Part shown: one piece after another, positions 17,369 through 27,905 of the stretch
Position numbering within the stretch: position 1 is the first letter of the stretch
Layout of the letters: each line of letters starts with the position of its first letter
Origin: Candidatus Krumholzibacteriota bacterium
GTDB lineage: Bacteria > Krumholzibacteriota > Krumholzibacteriia > JAJRXK01
Length of the DNA: 64,000 nucleotides
Direction: 5' to 3'
NCBI GenBank assembly: GCA_963727455.1
Contig: CAVSGG010000009.1
Coordinates: forward strand, 32,001 to 96,000
Notes under the pieces: model-generated
The model's input: only the letters and a program-made list of their open reading frames with translations
Told to the model about the DNA's origin: nothing
Databases searched by the model: none
Made by a program: the position numbers and the translations under genes

Positions 17369-19201
17369 TCAGCGGGGCTCTTCCCTTGCCGCTTCTTCGG
17401 GCTGCTCTGTCATCTTGAGAAAGGGCTTGGTGCGCACCGCCAAGGCCAACAGCAGATCGCGCTTGGAAATGCTGCCCAGAAGACTTTGCCCCGTCTCGTC
17501 ATCCACCACCGGCAGGCGCTCCCCATCGTGCTCGGAGAAGACTCGCAATGCGTCGCTGAGCGAGGCCCCGGCGCGAATGAGAGGAAACTCGCGATGCAAA
17601 ATGTCACGCGCGATGACCACGTCAGCCAGGCCACGCAGGGTGAGATATTGCTTGATGTCGTGCAGGGGAATGACCCCCTGGAAGATTCCCGCATCATCCA
17701 CGACGTACAGGTATTTGTTGTTGTTGGTGAGGAAGCTCTGCGCGATCTCCCGAAAGCGTGCGGTCTCGTGGACGGCCAGAGGGTCGTCTCTCATGAGGTC
17801 GCGGACCTGCAATTTCGAGAGCTGCTTGGCGTAGAGCGCGGCGCCCTTGCGCTCCAGGGCCTCGCTGTAAATGGGCACCGGCTCGATGCTGCGCGACACG
17901 TAGTAGGAGATCACACAGGCGAGCATGAGGGGCAACATGAGCTGATAATCGAGAGTCAGCTCGAAGATCATGATGATGGCCATGATGGGTGCGTGGGTGG
18001 TGCCGGCGAGGAACGCGCCCATTCCCAAAAGCGCGAAGCCGCTGGGGCTCAGCAGAGGATTGGGCCAGAACTGACCCAGAGTGTGTCCGAAGAGATAGCC
18101 CAGACACGCCCCGACGAAGAGAGTCGGCGTGAAGACACCGCCCACCGCCCCCGATCCAAAGGTCGCCGCGGTGGCGGCCACTTTGAAGGCGAGAATGAGA
18201 ATGAGGGTGCGCCACATCCATTGGCCGCCGAGAATGGCGCTCACCGTGCTGTAGCCATTCCCGCAAACCTGCGGATAGAACACCGCGAGGCCTCCGACCA
18301 CGGCTCCTCCCAGACCCAGCTTCAAGAAGAGCGGGATTCGCATGCGGCTGAAGAGCCGCTCACTGCTGCGCAAGGTGCGCAGAAACCAGGGCGCCGCGAA
18401 ACCAGCCACGACCCCCAAGGCCATGGTGGGCAGGATCTCCCACACCGAATTCAGGACGAAAGGGGGAATATCGTAGAGGGGAGCCGCGCCCATCAGCTTG
18501 CGAACGGTGAGCGTGGCCACCACCGAAGAGAAGACCAGTGGCCCGAAACTCTCCATTGCCACCGATCCCAGGACGATCTCCGCGATGAAAAGAGCACCCG
18601 CGATCGGTGCGTTGTAGGCGGAAGCAATTCCAGCCGCCCCGCCACAGGCGCTGATGAGCCGCCGCCGAGGCGTGGACCAGTGGCGAAAACGTCCCACCAG
18701 TGAGGCGATCATGGCCGAGAGCTGGACCATTGGCCCCTCTCGCCCGATCGATCCCCCGCCGGCGATCGAGAACAGCGCCGAGGCCGATTTCACGAGGCTC
18801 GACCTCACCGCCACCAGACCGTTGCCCACCACGATGGCTTCCATGTAATCGGTGGAATGCCGGCTGCGCGCGATACGACTGCCCCAGTAGAGAATGGCGC
18901 CCGCCATCAGACCGCCCACGGTGGGGGTCAAAGCGCGCTGCCAAAGGGGAAGATGAATGAAGCTCTCGACCACACCGCCTGATTGGCCGGTCAAAAACAA
19001 GTGCACCGCGTAGCTCAGGCGGCGGAAGATCACCGAGGCCACCGCGCCCAGATAGCCCCACCACACCGGCCCAGAAGAGGGTCTCGTGCAGCTCGCTGGG
19101 GCGGATGGTCTCCGCCATCCAAAGCCTCAGCTTGAGCAATCCCAAGAGGCGAGGAGGGCTCCCCCCTCCGGGGATTCGTTGCGGTCCTTCATCTCCGCCA
19201 T
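17369..19201 (-). CDS. ClcB-like chloride channel/transporter with C-terminal CBS pair (5' end frameshifted)
   Basis: GGSIGREGP, AYNAPIAG and GGVFTPTLFVG motifs plus CBS domains; the N-terminus (LKLRLWMAETIRPSELHETLFWAGVVG) is in another frame, with shifts in G/C runs near 19057 and probably 19165; start approximate. Confidence 0.8.
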
Positions 19202-19313
19202 CTTGTACAACCACGGGAAGGGAACGAGACTCTCCGGCCTGGTCCGGAGAGTGACAAGAGCTCTCCGCCCGTGGCAATCATTTTTTGACGATTGTGGCCC
19301 TGGTGCGATCGGC

Positions 19314-20173
19314 TCAGCCGAAACGGCCCGTGATGTAGTCCTCCGTGCGCTTGATCGAGGGCTTGGTGAACATCTTTTGAGTTTCGTCCATCTCGATGAG
19401 CCTGCCCTCGTAGAGGAAAGCGGTCGTATCGGACACGCGCGAGGCCTGCTGCATGTTGTGCGTGACGATGATGATGGTGTAGCGCTGCTGCAATTCGAGG
19501 ATCAGCTCCTCCACCCGGGCGGTGGATCGCGGATCCAATGCCGAGCAGGGTTCGTCCATCAGAATGACCTCGGGATTCACCGCGATGCAACGCGCGATAC
19601 AAAGACGCTGCTGCTGTCCCCCGAAAGACTGATGGCCGGCGAGTGAAGGCGGTCCTTGACCTCGTCCCATAGCGCTGACATCCGCAGCGCGGACTCCGTT
19701 CGCTCTTGCAGCACGGAACGATCGCGCATTCCGTTCAGCCTCAGACCCACGGTGACGTTGTCCGCGATCGACATGGTGGGAAAGGGATTGGATTTCTGGA
19801 ACACCATTCCCACACGCCTGCGCACCATCACTGCCTCTACTTCGGGCGCATAGATGTTCTCTCCGAACAGGAGAATCTCGCCGCTCACCCGCGCGTGAGG
19901 AACCAGTTCGTGCATGCGATTGAGAGCGCGCAGAAAAGTGGACTTCCCGCATCCGCTGGGACCGATGATGGCCGTGACCGAGCGCTCGGGAATGTCCAGG
20001 GAGATATCCTTCACGGCCTGATTCGAGCCGAAATAGACCGAGAGATTGCGCACCTTGACCGCAGAAGCATGGGGCGCTTCCTTCGGACGATGGCTCCGGC
20101 CGCCCCTCAGGACGGAATGCAGCGGCAGGGGCTCCGCCGTCACTTTCTTTGCTGTGTTGTCCGTAGATTCCAT
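19314..20173 (-). CDS. pstB: Phosphate ABC transporter ATP-binding protein (one frameshift at ~19620)
   Basis: [21 protein letters not shown]; the signature LSG|[10 protein letters not shown] is split at a C-run; [21 protein letters not shown]. Confidence 0.88.
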
Positions 20174-20179
20174 GCTCAC

Positions 20180-21040
20180 TCAGAGGGTTTTTTGACGCAG
20201 ACGATCGCGCGTCAGGACGCGAACGCCAATGTTGATCAAGAACACGAAAAGAAGCAGGACCAACGCGCCTGCCCAAGCCTGACGATGCCAATCATCGTAG
20301 GGCGAGATGGCATACGAAAAGATCTGCAGGGGCATGGCCGCGATGGGATCGGTCAACCGGTGCGTCCAGAATTGATTTCCGAAAGCAGTGAACAGGAGTG
20401 GTGCGGTCTCTCCCGCGATCCGCGCCAGCGCCAAAAGAGCTCCGGTCACGATTCCCTTGAGCGCGGTGCGCGCCACGATTCGGACCGTGACACGCCAGGG
20501 TGCGATCCCCAGGGCGAGCGCCGCTTCTCTGTAGCCGTTCGGTACCAGCTGCAGCACTTCCTCGGTGGTTCGCATGATCAAGGGGATCATCATCAAGCCC
20601 AGCACGATCCCGCCGGCCAGGGCGGAAAAACCCTTCATCGGCACCACCACGATGGCCCACACCACCATTCCCCACACGATGGAGGGTACGCCGTTGATGA
20701 CGTCAGCCGCAAAACGAATCCACCAATTCGCGCTGGAAGTGCCGTATTCGGACAGATAGATGCCGCCGAGGACCCCGACCGGAATCCCCAGGAGCGAGGC
20801 CAGACCGATGAGGATTCCGGTGCCGACGATGGCATTCGCCATGCCGCCGCCGGCCTCTCCAACCGGCTTGGGTAACTGCGTGAAAAAGTCCCAATTGATG
20901 GCGCCCAGTCCCTGACTGAGAAGATGGTAGAAGACCAGCATCAAGGGCGTGATGACCAGAAGGGCGCACAGGAACGCAGTGCCCCGCATGAGGGCATTCA
21001 TGAAGTTGCGCCGCCGGTGGTGCACCTTGTCCCACATCAT
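20180..21040 (-). CDS. pstA: Phosphate ABC transporter permease
   Basis: [23 protein letters not shown]...[27 protein letters not shown]. Confidence 0.93.
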   Translation of the reverse strand: MMWDKVHHRRRNFMNALMRGTAFLCALLVITPLMLVFYHLLSQGLGAINWDFFTQLPKPVGEAGGGMANAIVGTGILIGLASLLGIPVGVLGGIYLSEYGTSSANWWIRFAADVINGVPSIVWGMVVWAIVVVPMKGFSALAGGIVLGLMMIPLIMRTTEEVLQLVPNGYREAALALGIAPWRVTVRIVARTALKGIVTGALLALARIAGETAPLLFTAFGNQFWTHRLTDPIAAMPLQIFSYAISPYDDWHRQAWAGALVLLLFVFLINIGVRVLTRDRLRQKTL

Positions 21041-22016
21041 TGTCTGTGCCTCACTCCGGGTCCGCCCAGGGCTTTGAGCAGAATCTGCGCGAGGATGTTG
21101 GTCAGGACCGTCACGCCCAAGAGCACCAGCCCCAGCTCGAAGAGAGATCCCAAGTAGAGTTCCGTCGTGGCCTCGGTGAATTCGTTCGCGATGACGCTGG
21201 CCAGAGTGTAGCCGGGAGCCAGAAGCGAGGCCGTGATCTCGGGCCGGTTGCCGATGACCATCGTCACCGCCATGGTCTCCCCCAGCGCGCGCCCCAGTCC
21301 CAGAATCACCGCGCCGAAGAGCCCTTTCTTGGCGAAGCTCAGCACTGCGATCCGCGTGACCTCCCAGTGCGTCGCGCCCAGGGCGTAGGCCGCTTCACGT
21401 TGCAGACCGGGAACCGAACGCAGGATTTCCCGGGAGACCGAGGTGATGATGGGGATGATCATGATGGCGACGATGATCCCCCCGGCCAGCATGCTGACCC
21501 CGTAGATCGGCCCCTTGAAGAGCGGCAGAAAACCGAGGGTACTCATGCAGCAATGGAAACACGTGGATCCGCAGCCAGGGCACCATGACGAAGATGCCCC
21601 ACAAGCCGAGAATGACGCTGGGGATGGCGGCGAGCAGTTCGATGCAGCATCGTCAGAGGCTGGCGCAACCACTGCGGCGCCATCTCGGTGAGAAAGACCG
21701 CGGTCGCAATGCTGAGCGGAACCGCGATGAGCAGCGCGATGGCCGAGGAGACGATGGTCCCGAAGATGAAGGGCAGGGCCCCGAAGTTTTCGGCCACCGG
21801 ATCCCAGGTCGGTGAGACCAGAAAGCGCCAGCCGAATTTGCGCAGCGCCAGATGTGAACCCTTGGCCAGTTCGAATCCGATCAAGCCGATCAGGACGAAC
21901 ACCGCGAGGGCCATCAGCAGAGTGAGCCACTTGAAGGCGCGGTCGCCGAAATGGCGACCGCCCTTCAAGGCTCTCGCGGGCAGACGCGCGTGCGTGGGTG
22001 TGGTCGTATCGCTCAA
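21037..22016 (-). CDS. pstC: Phosphate ABC transporter permease (two frameshifts, ~21645 and ~21540)
   Basis: [33 protein letters not shown] and [23 protein letters not shown] spread over three frames; TTG start overlaps the pstS stop. Confidence 0.8.
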
Positions 22017-23032
22017 AACTGGATGGTCTCGATCCGCTTCAGAACCCGCTCTTGCAGGTTCTCCGGCAGGGGGGCGTAATCCAGCGACTGGCCATGGACT
22101 CACCCTCGGTCTACCGCCCACTTCAGGAACTCGACCAGCTTCTTGCCCTTGGCCGGGTCCTTCTGCTTTTGGTAGACCAAGAGCCAGGTGCAGCCGGCGA
22201 TGGGATAGGCCTGGTCGCCGGGCGAGTTGACCATCGAGAAACGGAAATCCTCGGGGATCTCGGCGGTGGCGAAGGCCTGCGTGACGGACTCCAGGGTGGG
22301 CGTAATGAAGTTCCCCGCGGCGTTCTTCAGGTCGGCGAACGGCGAGCTTGTTTTGCGTGGCGTAGGCCAACTCCACGTAGCCGATGGCGCCGGGCAGCTG
22401 CTTGACCTGCCCGGCGACGCCCTCGTTGCCCTTGCCGCCCAAACCGGTCGGCCAGTTCACCGAAGTGTTCTTGCCCACCTTCTGAGCCCATTCCTCGCTC
22501 ACGCTGGACAGGTAATCGGTGAAGATGTAGCTGGTGCCGCTGCCGTCCGTGCGGTGCACCACGATGAGGTCCATGCTTGGGCAAGCTCCACCCCGGGATT
22601 TTGCGCCGCGATCCTCGGGTCGTTCCACTTGGTGATCTTGCCCAGGAAGATGTCCGACCACGGTGTGCCCATCGAGCTTGAGTCGGGGATTGCCCGGCAG
22701 GTTGTAGGTGCAGCCACGACCGCGCCGGCCACGGTGGGGATGTGCAGCAGCTTGCCCGGTGCCTTGGCCAGATTTTCGTCGCTCATCGGGCCATCCGAGG
22801 CGCCAAAATCCACGGTCTGGGCCAGAATCTGCTTCTGCCCGCCGCCGGAACCGATGGACTGATAGTTGAAGCGGACCGAGGGATCCACCTTGGCGTACTC
22901 GTGGAACCACTTGGAATAGAGCGGGTAGGGAAAGGTCGCCCCTGCGCCGTTGATGAGCATTTGCGCATTCGCGCCGTCTTGCGTGAACACCAGGCAGATG
23001 GCGCACAGCGCCAAGAGCAAGGCCTTTTTCAT
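22013..23032 (-). CDS. pstS: Phosphate ABC transporter substrate-binding protein (multiple frameshifts)
   Basis: [59 protein letters not shown]; at least four frame changes between ~22715 and ~22090. Confidence 0.78.
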
Positions 23033-23127
23033 CGGATTTTCTCCCTTAACTTGCCGGCTTGAGGGCCCGACGGCCCCATCTCGTGCTCAACGAACAAGCT
23101 TCATATAAGCAGGAAAGGAAGTGCTTA

Positions 23128-23156
23128 GTGTGAGAGAAGTGTGAGGATTCGATGAA
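23128..23156 (-). promoter_or_regulatory. Candidate Pho box upstream of pstS
   Basis: Minus strand TTCATCG-n4-CTCACAC-n4-CTCACAC, direct repeats with an 11-bp period ~100 bp upstream of pstS. Confidence 0.4.
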
Positions 23157-23251
23157 GGCGCAGTGCGCCGTCGAGGAGCGGTGGGGCACCGCCCCCAGGA
23201 CCCAAAGCGAACGGCGCGATTGGAGCGCTTTTGCGCCCCTTCGACGGCGAA

Positions 23252-24775
23252 TCAGGATCGTGAAGGCAGCAGCGATCCCATCTCGACTTCGGGGTAGAGT
23301 TCGCCGAAAGACTTGATCTCCCTGCTGCCGATCCGCTTGTAGACGCGGTTGCGGCCCAGCTGCTCCAGATCGTCGACGCCGGCGGCCGCCACCAGATCCA
23401 AGAACTCGCTCACCACTGCATGGTGGTAGTTTTTCACCCGGACCCACTTGTCCTGCACCACCAACCCGCGCCGCAGGTGTGGATCGTTGGTGGCCACGCC
23501 GCTGGGACAGCGGTTCGTGTGACACTTGAGAGCCTGGATGCAGCCGAGCGCCAGCATCATTCCGCGGGCGGCATTGCAGACGTCCGCTCCCAGACACATC
23601 GCGCGGAAGAGGTCGAAGGCGGTGAGGATCTTGGTCGCCACGATGACCCTGATGTCCTGCTTCAGATCGTAGCCGCGCAAGAGATCGCACACGCAAATGA
23701 GGCCTTCCTCCAGCGGCATGCCCACGTAGTTGGAGAAGTCGATGGGAGCGGCGCCGGTGCCACCCTCCGCCCCGTCCACGGTGACGAAGTCGGGCTTGAT
23801 ACCGCTGGCCACCATCTCCTGGCAGATCTCCCTGAATTCGTCGCGGTTGCCCACGCAGAGCTTGAAGCCCACCGGCTTGCCTTGTGCCGCCTCTCGTAGC
23901 TGGCCGACGAACTCGAGCAGCCCGCGCGCATCGCGAAACGCCGTGTGGCCCGGCGGGCTGATGACGATGGTGTGTGGCTGCACGCCGCGGATCTCGGCAA
24001 TCTCATGGTTGTTCTTGGCCGCCGGAAGCACCCCGCCGTGTCCCGGCTTCGCTCCCTGGGAGAGCTTGATCTCGATCATCTTCACTTCGGGGCGCGCGGC
24101 CTGCTCGCGAAAACGATCCAGAGAGAAGCTGCCGTCCGGATTGCGGCAGCCGAAATAGCCGGTGCCGATTTCATACACCAGGTCGCCACCCTGCAGGTGG
24201 TAGGGAGAGATTCCTCCCTCTCCGGTATCGTGAAAGAACTGCCCCTCACGCGCCGCCAGATTGAGCGCGGTGACGGCATTCGAACTCAGAGCGCCGAAGC
24301 TCATGGCGGAGATGTTGAAGACGCTGGCCGAATAGGGTTGTCGACACTGGGGCCCGCCGATTTTGACCCGGGGTGCTTCGCTCATGCGGGCGCTGGGATA
24401 GATCGAGTGGTGCATCCACTCGTAACCCGAACGGTAGACGTCGAGTTCGGTGCCGAAGGGATGATTTTGCTGGACGCGCTTGGCCCGCTCGTAGACATAG
24501 GCCCGGTGGTTACGGTCGATGGGCTTGCCGTCGGTCCCGTCTTCCACGAAGTACTGATGCAGCTCGGGGCCGATGGACTCGAGCAGATAGCGGAAATGCC
24601 CGATGAAGGGGAAATTGCGCAGGATGGTGTGCTTTTTCTGGAAGACGTCGTACAGACCGATCAAGATGGCGGGGCCGAGGAGAATGAGACTGTAGAGGAC
24701 CGGCGGCCAGAAGAGTGAGAGCGCCGCCACTGCGGCCAGCACCGCCAGGCTTCCGAGCAAGAACGGGATCTTCAT
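23252..24775 (-). CDS. FMN-binding glutamate synthase family protein (YerD-like, N-terminal TM helices)
   Basis: NISAMSFGALS, HDTGEGG, IEIKLSQGAKPGHGGVLP, PVGFKLC, VDGAEGGTGAAP, GCIQALKCHTNRCPSGVAT. Confidence 0.9.
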   Translation of the reverse strand: MKIPFLLGSLAVLAAVAALSLFWPPVLYSLILLGPAILIGLYDVFQKKHTILRNFPFIGHFRYLLESIGPELHQYFVEDGTDGKPIDRNHRAYVYERAKRVQQNHPFGTELDVYRSGYEWMHHSIYPSARMSEAPRVKIGGPQCRQPYSASVFNISAMSFGALSSNAVTALNLAAREGQFFHDTGEGGISPYHLQGGDLVYEIGTGYFGCRNPDGSFSLDRFREQAARPEVKMIEIKLSQGAKPGHGGVLPAAKNNHEIAEIRGVQPHTIVISPPGHTAFRDARGLLEFVGQLREAAQGKPVGFKLCVGNRDEFREICQEMVASGIKPDFVTVDGAEGGTGAAPIDFSNYVGMPLEEGLICVCDLLRGYDLKQDIRVIVATKILTAFDLFRAMCLGADVCNAARGMMLALGCIQALKCHTNRCPSGVATNDPHLRRGLVVQDKWVRVKNYHHAVVSEFLDLVAAAGVDDLEQLGRNRVYKRIGSREIKSFGELYPEVEMGSLLPSRS

Positions 24776-24837
24776 GGGACCAACTCCTCGCTTCTCTCGT
24801 CGATTCGGTTCGCGGATCAGGATAGGGGAACTTAGAG

Positions 24838-25644
24838 ATGAAATCATCTCATGAGACGCCCAGGCTGAGCGTCGAGGGACTGCTTCTCGACCTGGACGGC
24901 GTGTGCTGGGTCGCTGACGCGCCGATCCTGGGCGCGGCTGGCGCGATCGAAGCACTGAAGGTGGCCGAGCTGCCGCTGCGTTTCGTCACCAACACGACCC
25001 GGCGCTCACGGCGCGCGCTGGCCGAGAAGGCAGCTCGACTCGACCTCCCGATCGCCGAAGAGGAGATCATGACCGCGCCGCAGGCCGCCCTGGCCTGGCT
25101 GCGTGCGCGTGGACTGCCCCGCTGCCGGCTGCTGGTGGATGCCTGCCTCCTCGACGAATTGTCCGATCTGCCGAGCGACGAGGCGCACCCCGAGATCATT
25201 CTGATGGGCGACCGTGAGGAGGAATGGAGCGAGGCGCTGCTGCAATCGATTTTCGAGCAGCTGATGGGGGGCGCGGAGCTGGTGGCGCTGCACAAGGGTC
25301 GCTACTGGCAGACCGCGGACCGCCTGCGCTTGGATTTGGGCGTGTACGTGGCGGGGCTGGAATACGCCAGCGGCAAAAGAGCGCAAGTGATGGGCAAGCC
25401 CTCGTGCGAATTCTTCGCGCAGGCTGCGTCGGACCTCGGACTTGCTGTTAGTTCGCTCGCGCGCATCGCCATGGTGGGCGACGACGTGCTCAGCGACGTG
25501 GGCGGCGCGCAGAATTGTGGGCTGCAAGGAGTCCTGGTGCGCACCGGAAAGTACCGCGCGGATGCGGTCGCCCGCAGCGGAGTCCATCCCAACTTCACGG
25601 TGGACTCGATCGCGGAGCTGCCGGGATTGCTCGGGATCGATTGA
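24838..25644 (+). CDS. HAD-IIA hydrolase, LHPP/HDHD2 (phosphohistidine/pyrophosphate phosphatase)-like
   Basis: DLDGV, VTNTT, ALHKGRYW, GKPS..FF, MVGDDVLSDVGGA, LVRTGKYR. Confidence 0.88.
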   Translation: MKSSHETPRLSVEGLLLDLDGVCWVADAPILGAAGAIEALKVAELPLRFVTNTTRRSRRALAEKAARLDLPIAEEEIMTAPQAALAWLRARGLPRCRLLVDACLLDELSDLPSDEAHPEIILMGDREEEWSEALLQSIFEQLMGGAELVALHKGRYWQTADRLRLDLGVYVAGLEYASGKRAQVMGKPSCEFFAQAASDLGLAVSSLARIAMVGDDVLSDVGGAQNCGLQGVLVRTGKYRADAVARSGVHPNFTVDSIAELPGLLGID

Positions 25645-25722
25645 GCGCTCGGTGGCGCCATTTCGGCGCCGAGAACGCACCCTCGCCACCGAGCCAGCTC
25701 ACGAGGGCCTCGGGCTGGTAGA

Positions 25723-27684
25723 CTACTTCACCAGCACCGCGGCCCGCGTTTGACTCCCGCCGGCCGTCGAGAGCAGCACCCGGTACACACCGCTCGCGAG
25801 CCTCGCGCCGCTGTCATCCCTTCCATCCCAGCGCAGTTCGTGCGGGCCTGAAGTGAGCTGGCCCTCGAAGAGGCGGCGCAGCATCCGCCCGCGCACGTCG
25901 TAGATCTCCACCTTTACCTGCCCCGCTTGCGCCAGTTCGAAGGACACCGTGGTGTGCGGATTGAAGGGATTCGGATGCAGCGGATGCAGCCGGGTGACCC
26001 GCTTCGCCGGTGCCGAGGTCACAACGCAGCTGCCGCGTGGAATTCCATGGCCCGTCTCGTCGAAGGCGCGCACCGATGTCAACGAGTACACCTCCTCGCC
26101 ACTGCTCACGAAGAATCCAGGGTCGATGTGCACCGTCCCCGCTTGGGCGTCCGCCCACACGATGTGCAGGAGCCCCGGCTCCTTCAGCGACCAGCTCAGG
26201 TTTCCGTGATCCGCGCTCACGAAGGCCACATCCTGGTGGGTGGGATCGAAGCTGAGCTCTAGCTCCGCCCCGGCCGCGCCCTCGAGCACGATCGAGTCGT
26301 AACCGTCCGCGGGATCCGGATAGGCGCAGGCCTCGGTTCCGGTCGCGCCCGCAGTGAGGCCCGCGATCATGCGATTGAAGAGCACCCCGTCGCCGGCATC
26401 GGCTTCGCCATTTTCGTTGAGATCGGCGCGGCAGTGGGTCATGTCGTCGGCCTGAAGGCTGCCACTGGCCAAGGCCAGGGCCGCATCGCGATCGGTCTCA
26501 TCGACGAGATCGTCGTCGTAGACGTCCCCCTTCTCACAGCCAATGCGAATCCAGGCGGGGCCTTCCCTGGGGAGCAGGCTGCCGTTCCAGGTCCAAGTAC
26601 CTCCCTTCCATTTCGCTGCGAAATCAGTCGCGGGAGAGAAAGCGGCTGGGGAATTCCCCAGACGATAGTCCACCTCGAAGATACGAGTATCGTTGTGGAT
26701 TCCCTGCCCTCCCCCGGCAAGCACTTCGAGGTGCCCCGGGGCATCCTGCACCACGCTCAGCTCCATGCCATTGGCCTCAGCTTGCGGGCTGAGACGAACG
26801 GATTCCACCGTTGCCAGATTGCTGTCCCAGTCGAGGTAGGCGCGCACCGAATCGTAAGCGGTGCAGTACTGTATTGCCTGGGGAATACGTGCACAGTATT
26901 CCTCGTCGAAGTCGTTCAGCCGATCGCGCGGGATCCCGAAGGTTTTGCGATCCGCACCGCAGCTTTCGCTCCACATGTGCAGAGATAAGGGAACGGTCAA
27001 CAGCTCTCCGGGATCAGCGCCGTGATCGGTCGAAAGCAGTGCGTACTTTTGCGTGATCATGAGAATGACACAGTCGAAATCGTCCGTTCGTTGTGCACGT
27101 CGACGATCGTAGGGCAGGTTCCAGGCGGCAGGAAGCATCGGGGCATCGCCGCAGCTCTGGGTCTGCACGTAGTCGCCGTCGTAGGGAAGCAGAATCAGGT
27201 CGCTATAGAATTCCTGATCTATCGAATACACTGCAAAGAACACGGTCAACAGGAGCACGGGCCCGTCGCTGTGGATGCAGCCGTCCGTGCGCACGAGATC
27301 GAAATACCCCTCCTCGGTCCGCCCACCGACCTCCTCGATTCCGGGTGCAGTCTGGATCTCATTGGGAAAGGGCCCATCTAGAGAGAGGGGCGGGTAGCTT
27401 CCGGTATTCAAGTCCTCGACGCGAAAGCGCGCACGGTGCAGACCGTTCGGTCCCGGCCTTGCCACCACGTAAAATGCGATTGTATCGAAGTAACGGAGTA
27501 TCCCGGTAGCTAATGGAGGCTCGAAAAGCCCCTGGGGGCTGGTGAAGATGCCGATTTCGCCCGGGCGCAGGGGTACGGCGGTATCTGCGTGTGCCGGGCC
27601 GATGAGTGCGAGAGGGGCCAGCAGTCCTAGAAAGAAGAATCCGCAGGCGAGAGCCATGGGGGAAAGGCGGGTTCGCATTGGCAT
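25723..27684 (-). CDS. Secreted modular protein with cohesin-like and dockerin-like segments and a C-terminal FlgD-Ig/T9SS-like sorting domain
   Basis: Signal peptide (AHA-D), paired GDVYDDDLVDETD / ADLNENGEADAGD EF-hand-like repeats, C-terminal HPNPFNPHTTVSF...WDGRDDSG..LASGVY. Confidence 0.8.
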   Translation of the reverse strand: MPMRTRLSPMALACGFFFLGLLAPLALIGPAHADTAVPLRPGEIGIFTSPQGLFEPPLATGILRYFDTIAFYVVARPGPNGLHRARFRVEDLNTGSYPPLSLDGPFPNEIQTAPGIEEVGGRTEEGYFDLVRTDGCIHSDGPVLLLTVFFAVYSIDQEFYSDLILLPYDGDYVQTQSCGDAPMLPAAWNLPYDRRRAQRTDDFDCVILMITQKYALLSTDHGADPGELLTVPLSLHMWSESCGADRKTFGIPRDRLNDFDEEYCARIPQAIQYCTAYDSVRAYLDWDSNLATVESVRLSPQAEANGMELSVVQDAPGHLEVLAGGGQGIHNDTRIFEVDYRLGNSPAAFSPATDFAAKWKGGTWTWNGSLLPREGPAWIRIGCEKGDVYDDDLVDETDRDAALALASGSLQADDMTHCRADLNENGEADAGDGVLFNRMIAGLTAGATGTEACAYPDPADGYDSIVLEGAAGAELELSFDPTHQDVAFVSADHGNLSWSLKEPGLLHIVWADAQAGTVHIDPGFFVSSGEEVYSLTSVRAFDETGHGIPRGSCVVTSAPAKRVTRLHPLHPNPFNPHTTVSFELAQAGQVKVEIYDVRGRMLRRLFEGQLTSGPHELRWDGRDDSGARLASGVYRVLLSTAGGSQTRAAVLVK

Positions 27685-27783
27685 GTACTCCTCGATTCGG
27701 GAGCCTTTTCGATCCTACTCCTTCCATCACACTGCCCGCAAGTTCGATCCGCGAAATCCCTGCACATCAGATCATGGCAAGTG

Positions 27784-27814
27784 AAAAGGGAACTCAAAAC
27801 CTGAGTTCCCCTTT
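27784..27814 (-). terminator. Intrinsic terminator after nrdJ
   Basis: GGGAACTCA(27788-27796)/TGAGTTCCC(27802-27810) perfect stem, TTTT on the minus strand. Confidence 0.75.
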
Positions 27815-27905
27815 CCCATCCGACCGATTGGTTGGATTGATGATCTGCTTTCAGCCTTCCACGGTCTGTGTTTCAGCCCCGGTCAGCGTCTCAGCGGCAT
27901 AGGCC

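Noticed and set aside
16964-18703. 579-aa + strand ORF and similar long antisense ORFs (e.g. 58921-60675, 31835-33397)
   Set aside because: Shadows of well-supported opposite-strand genes, with no motifs of their own
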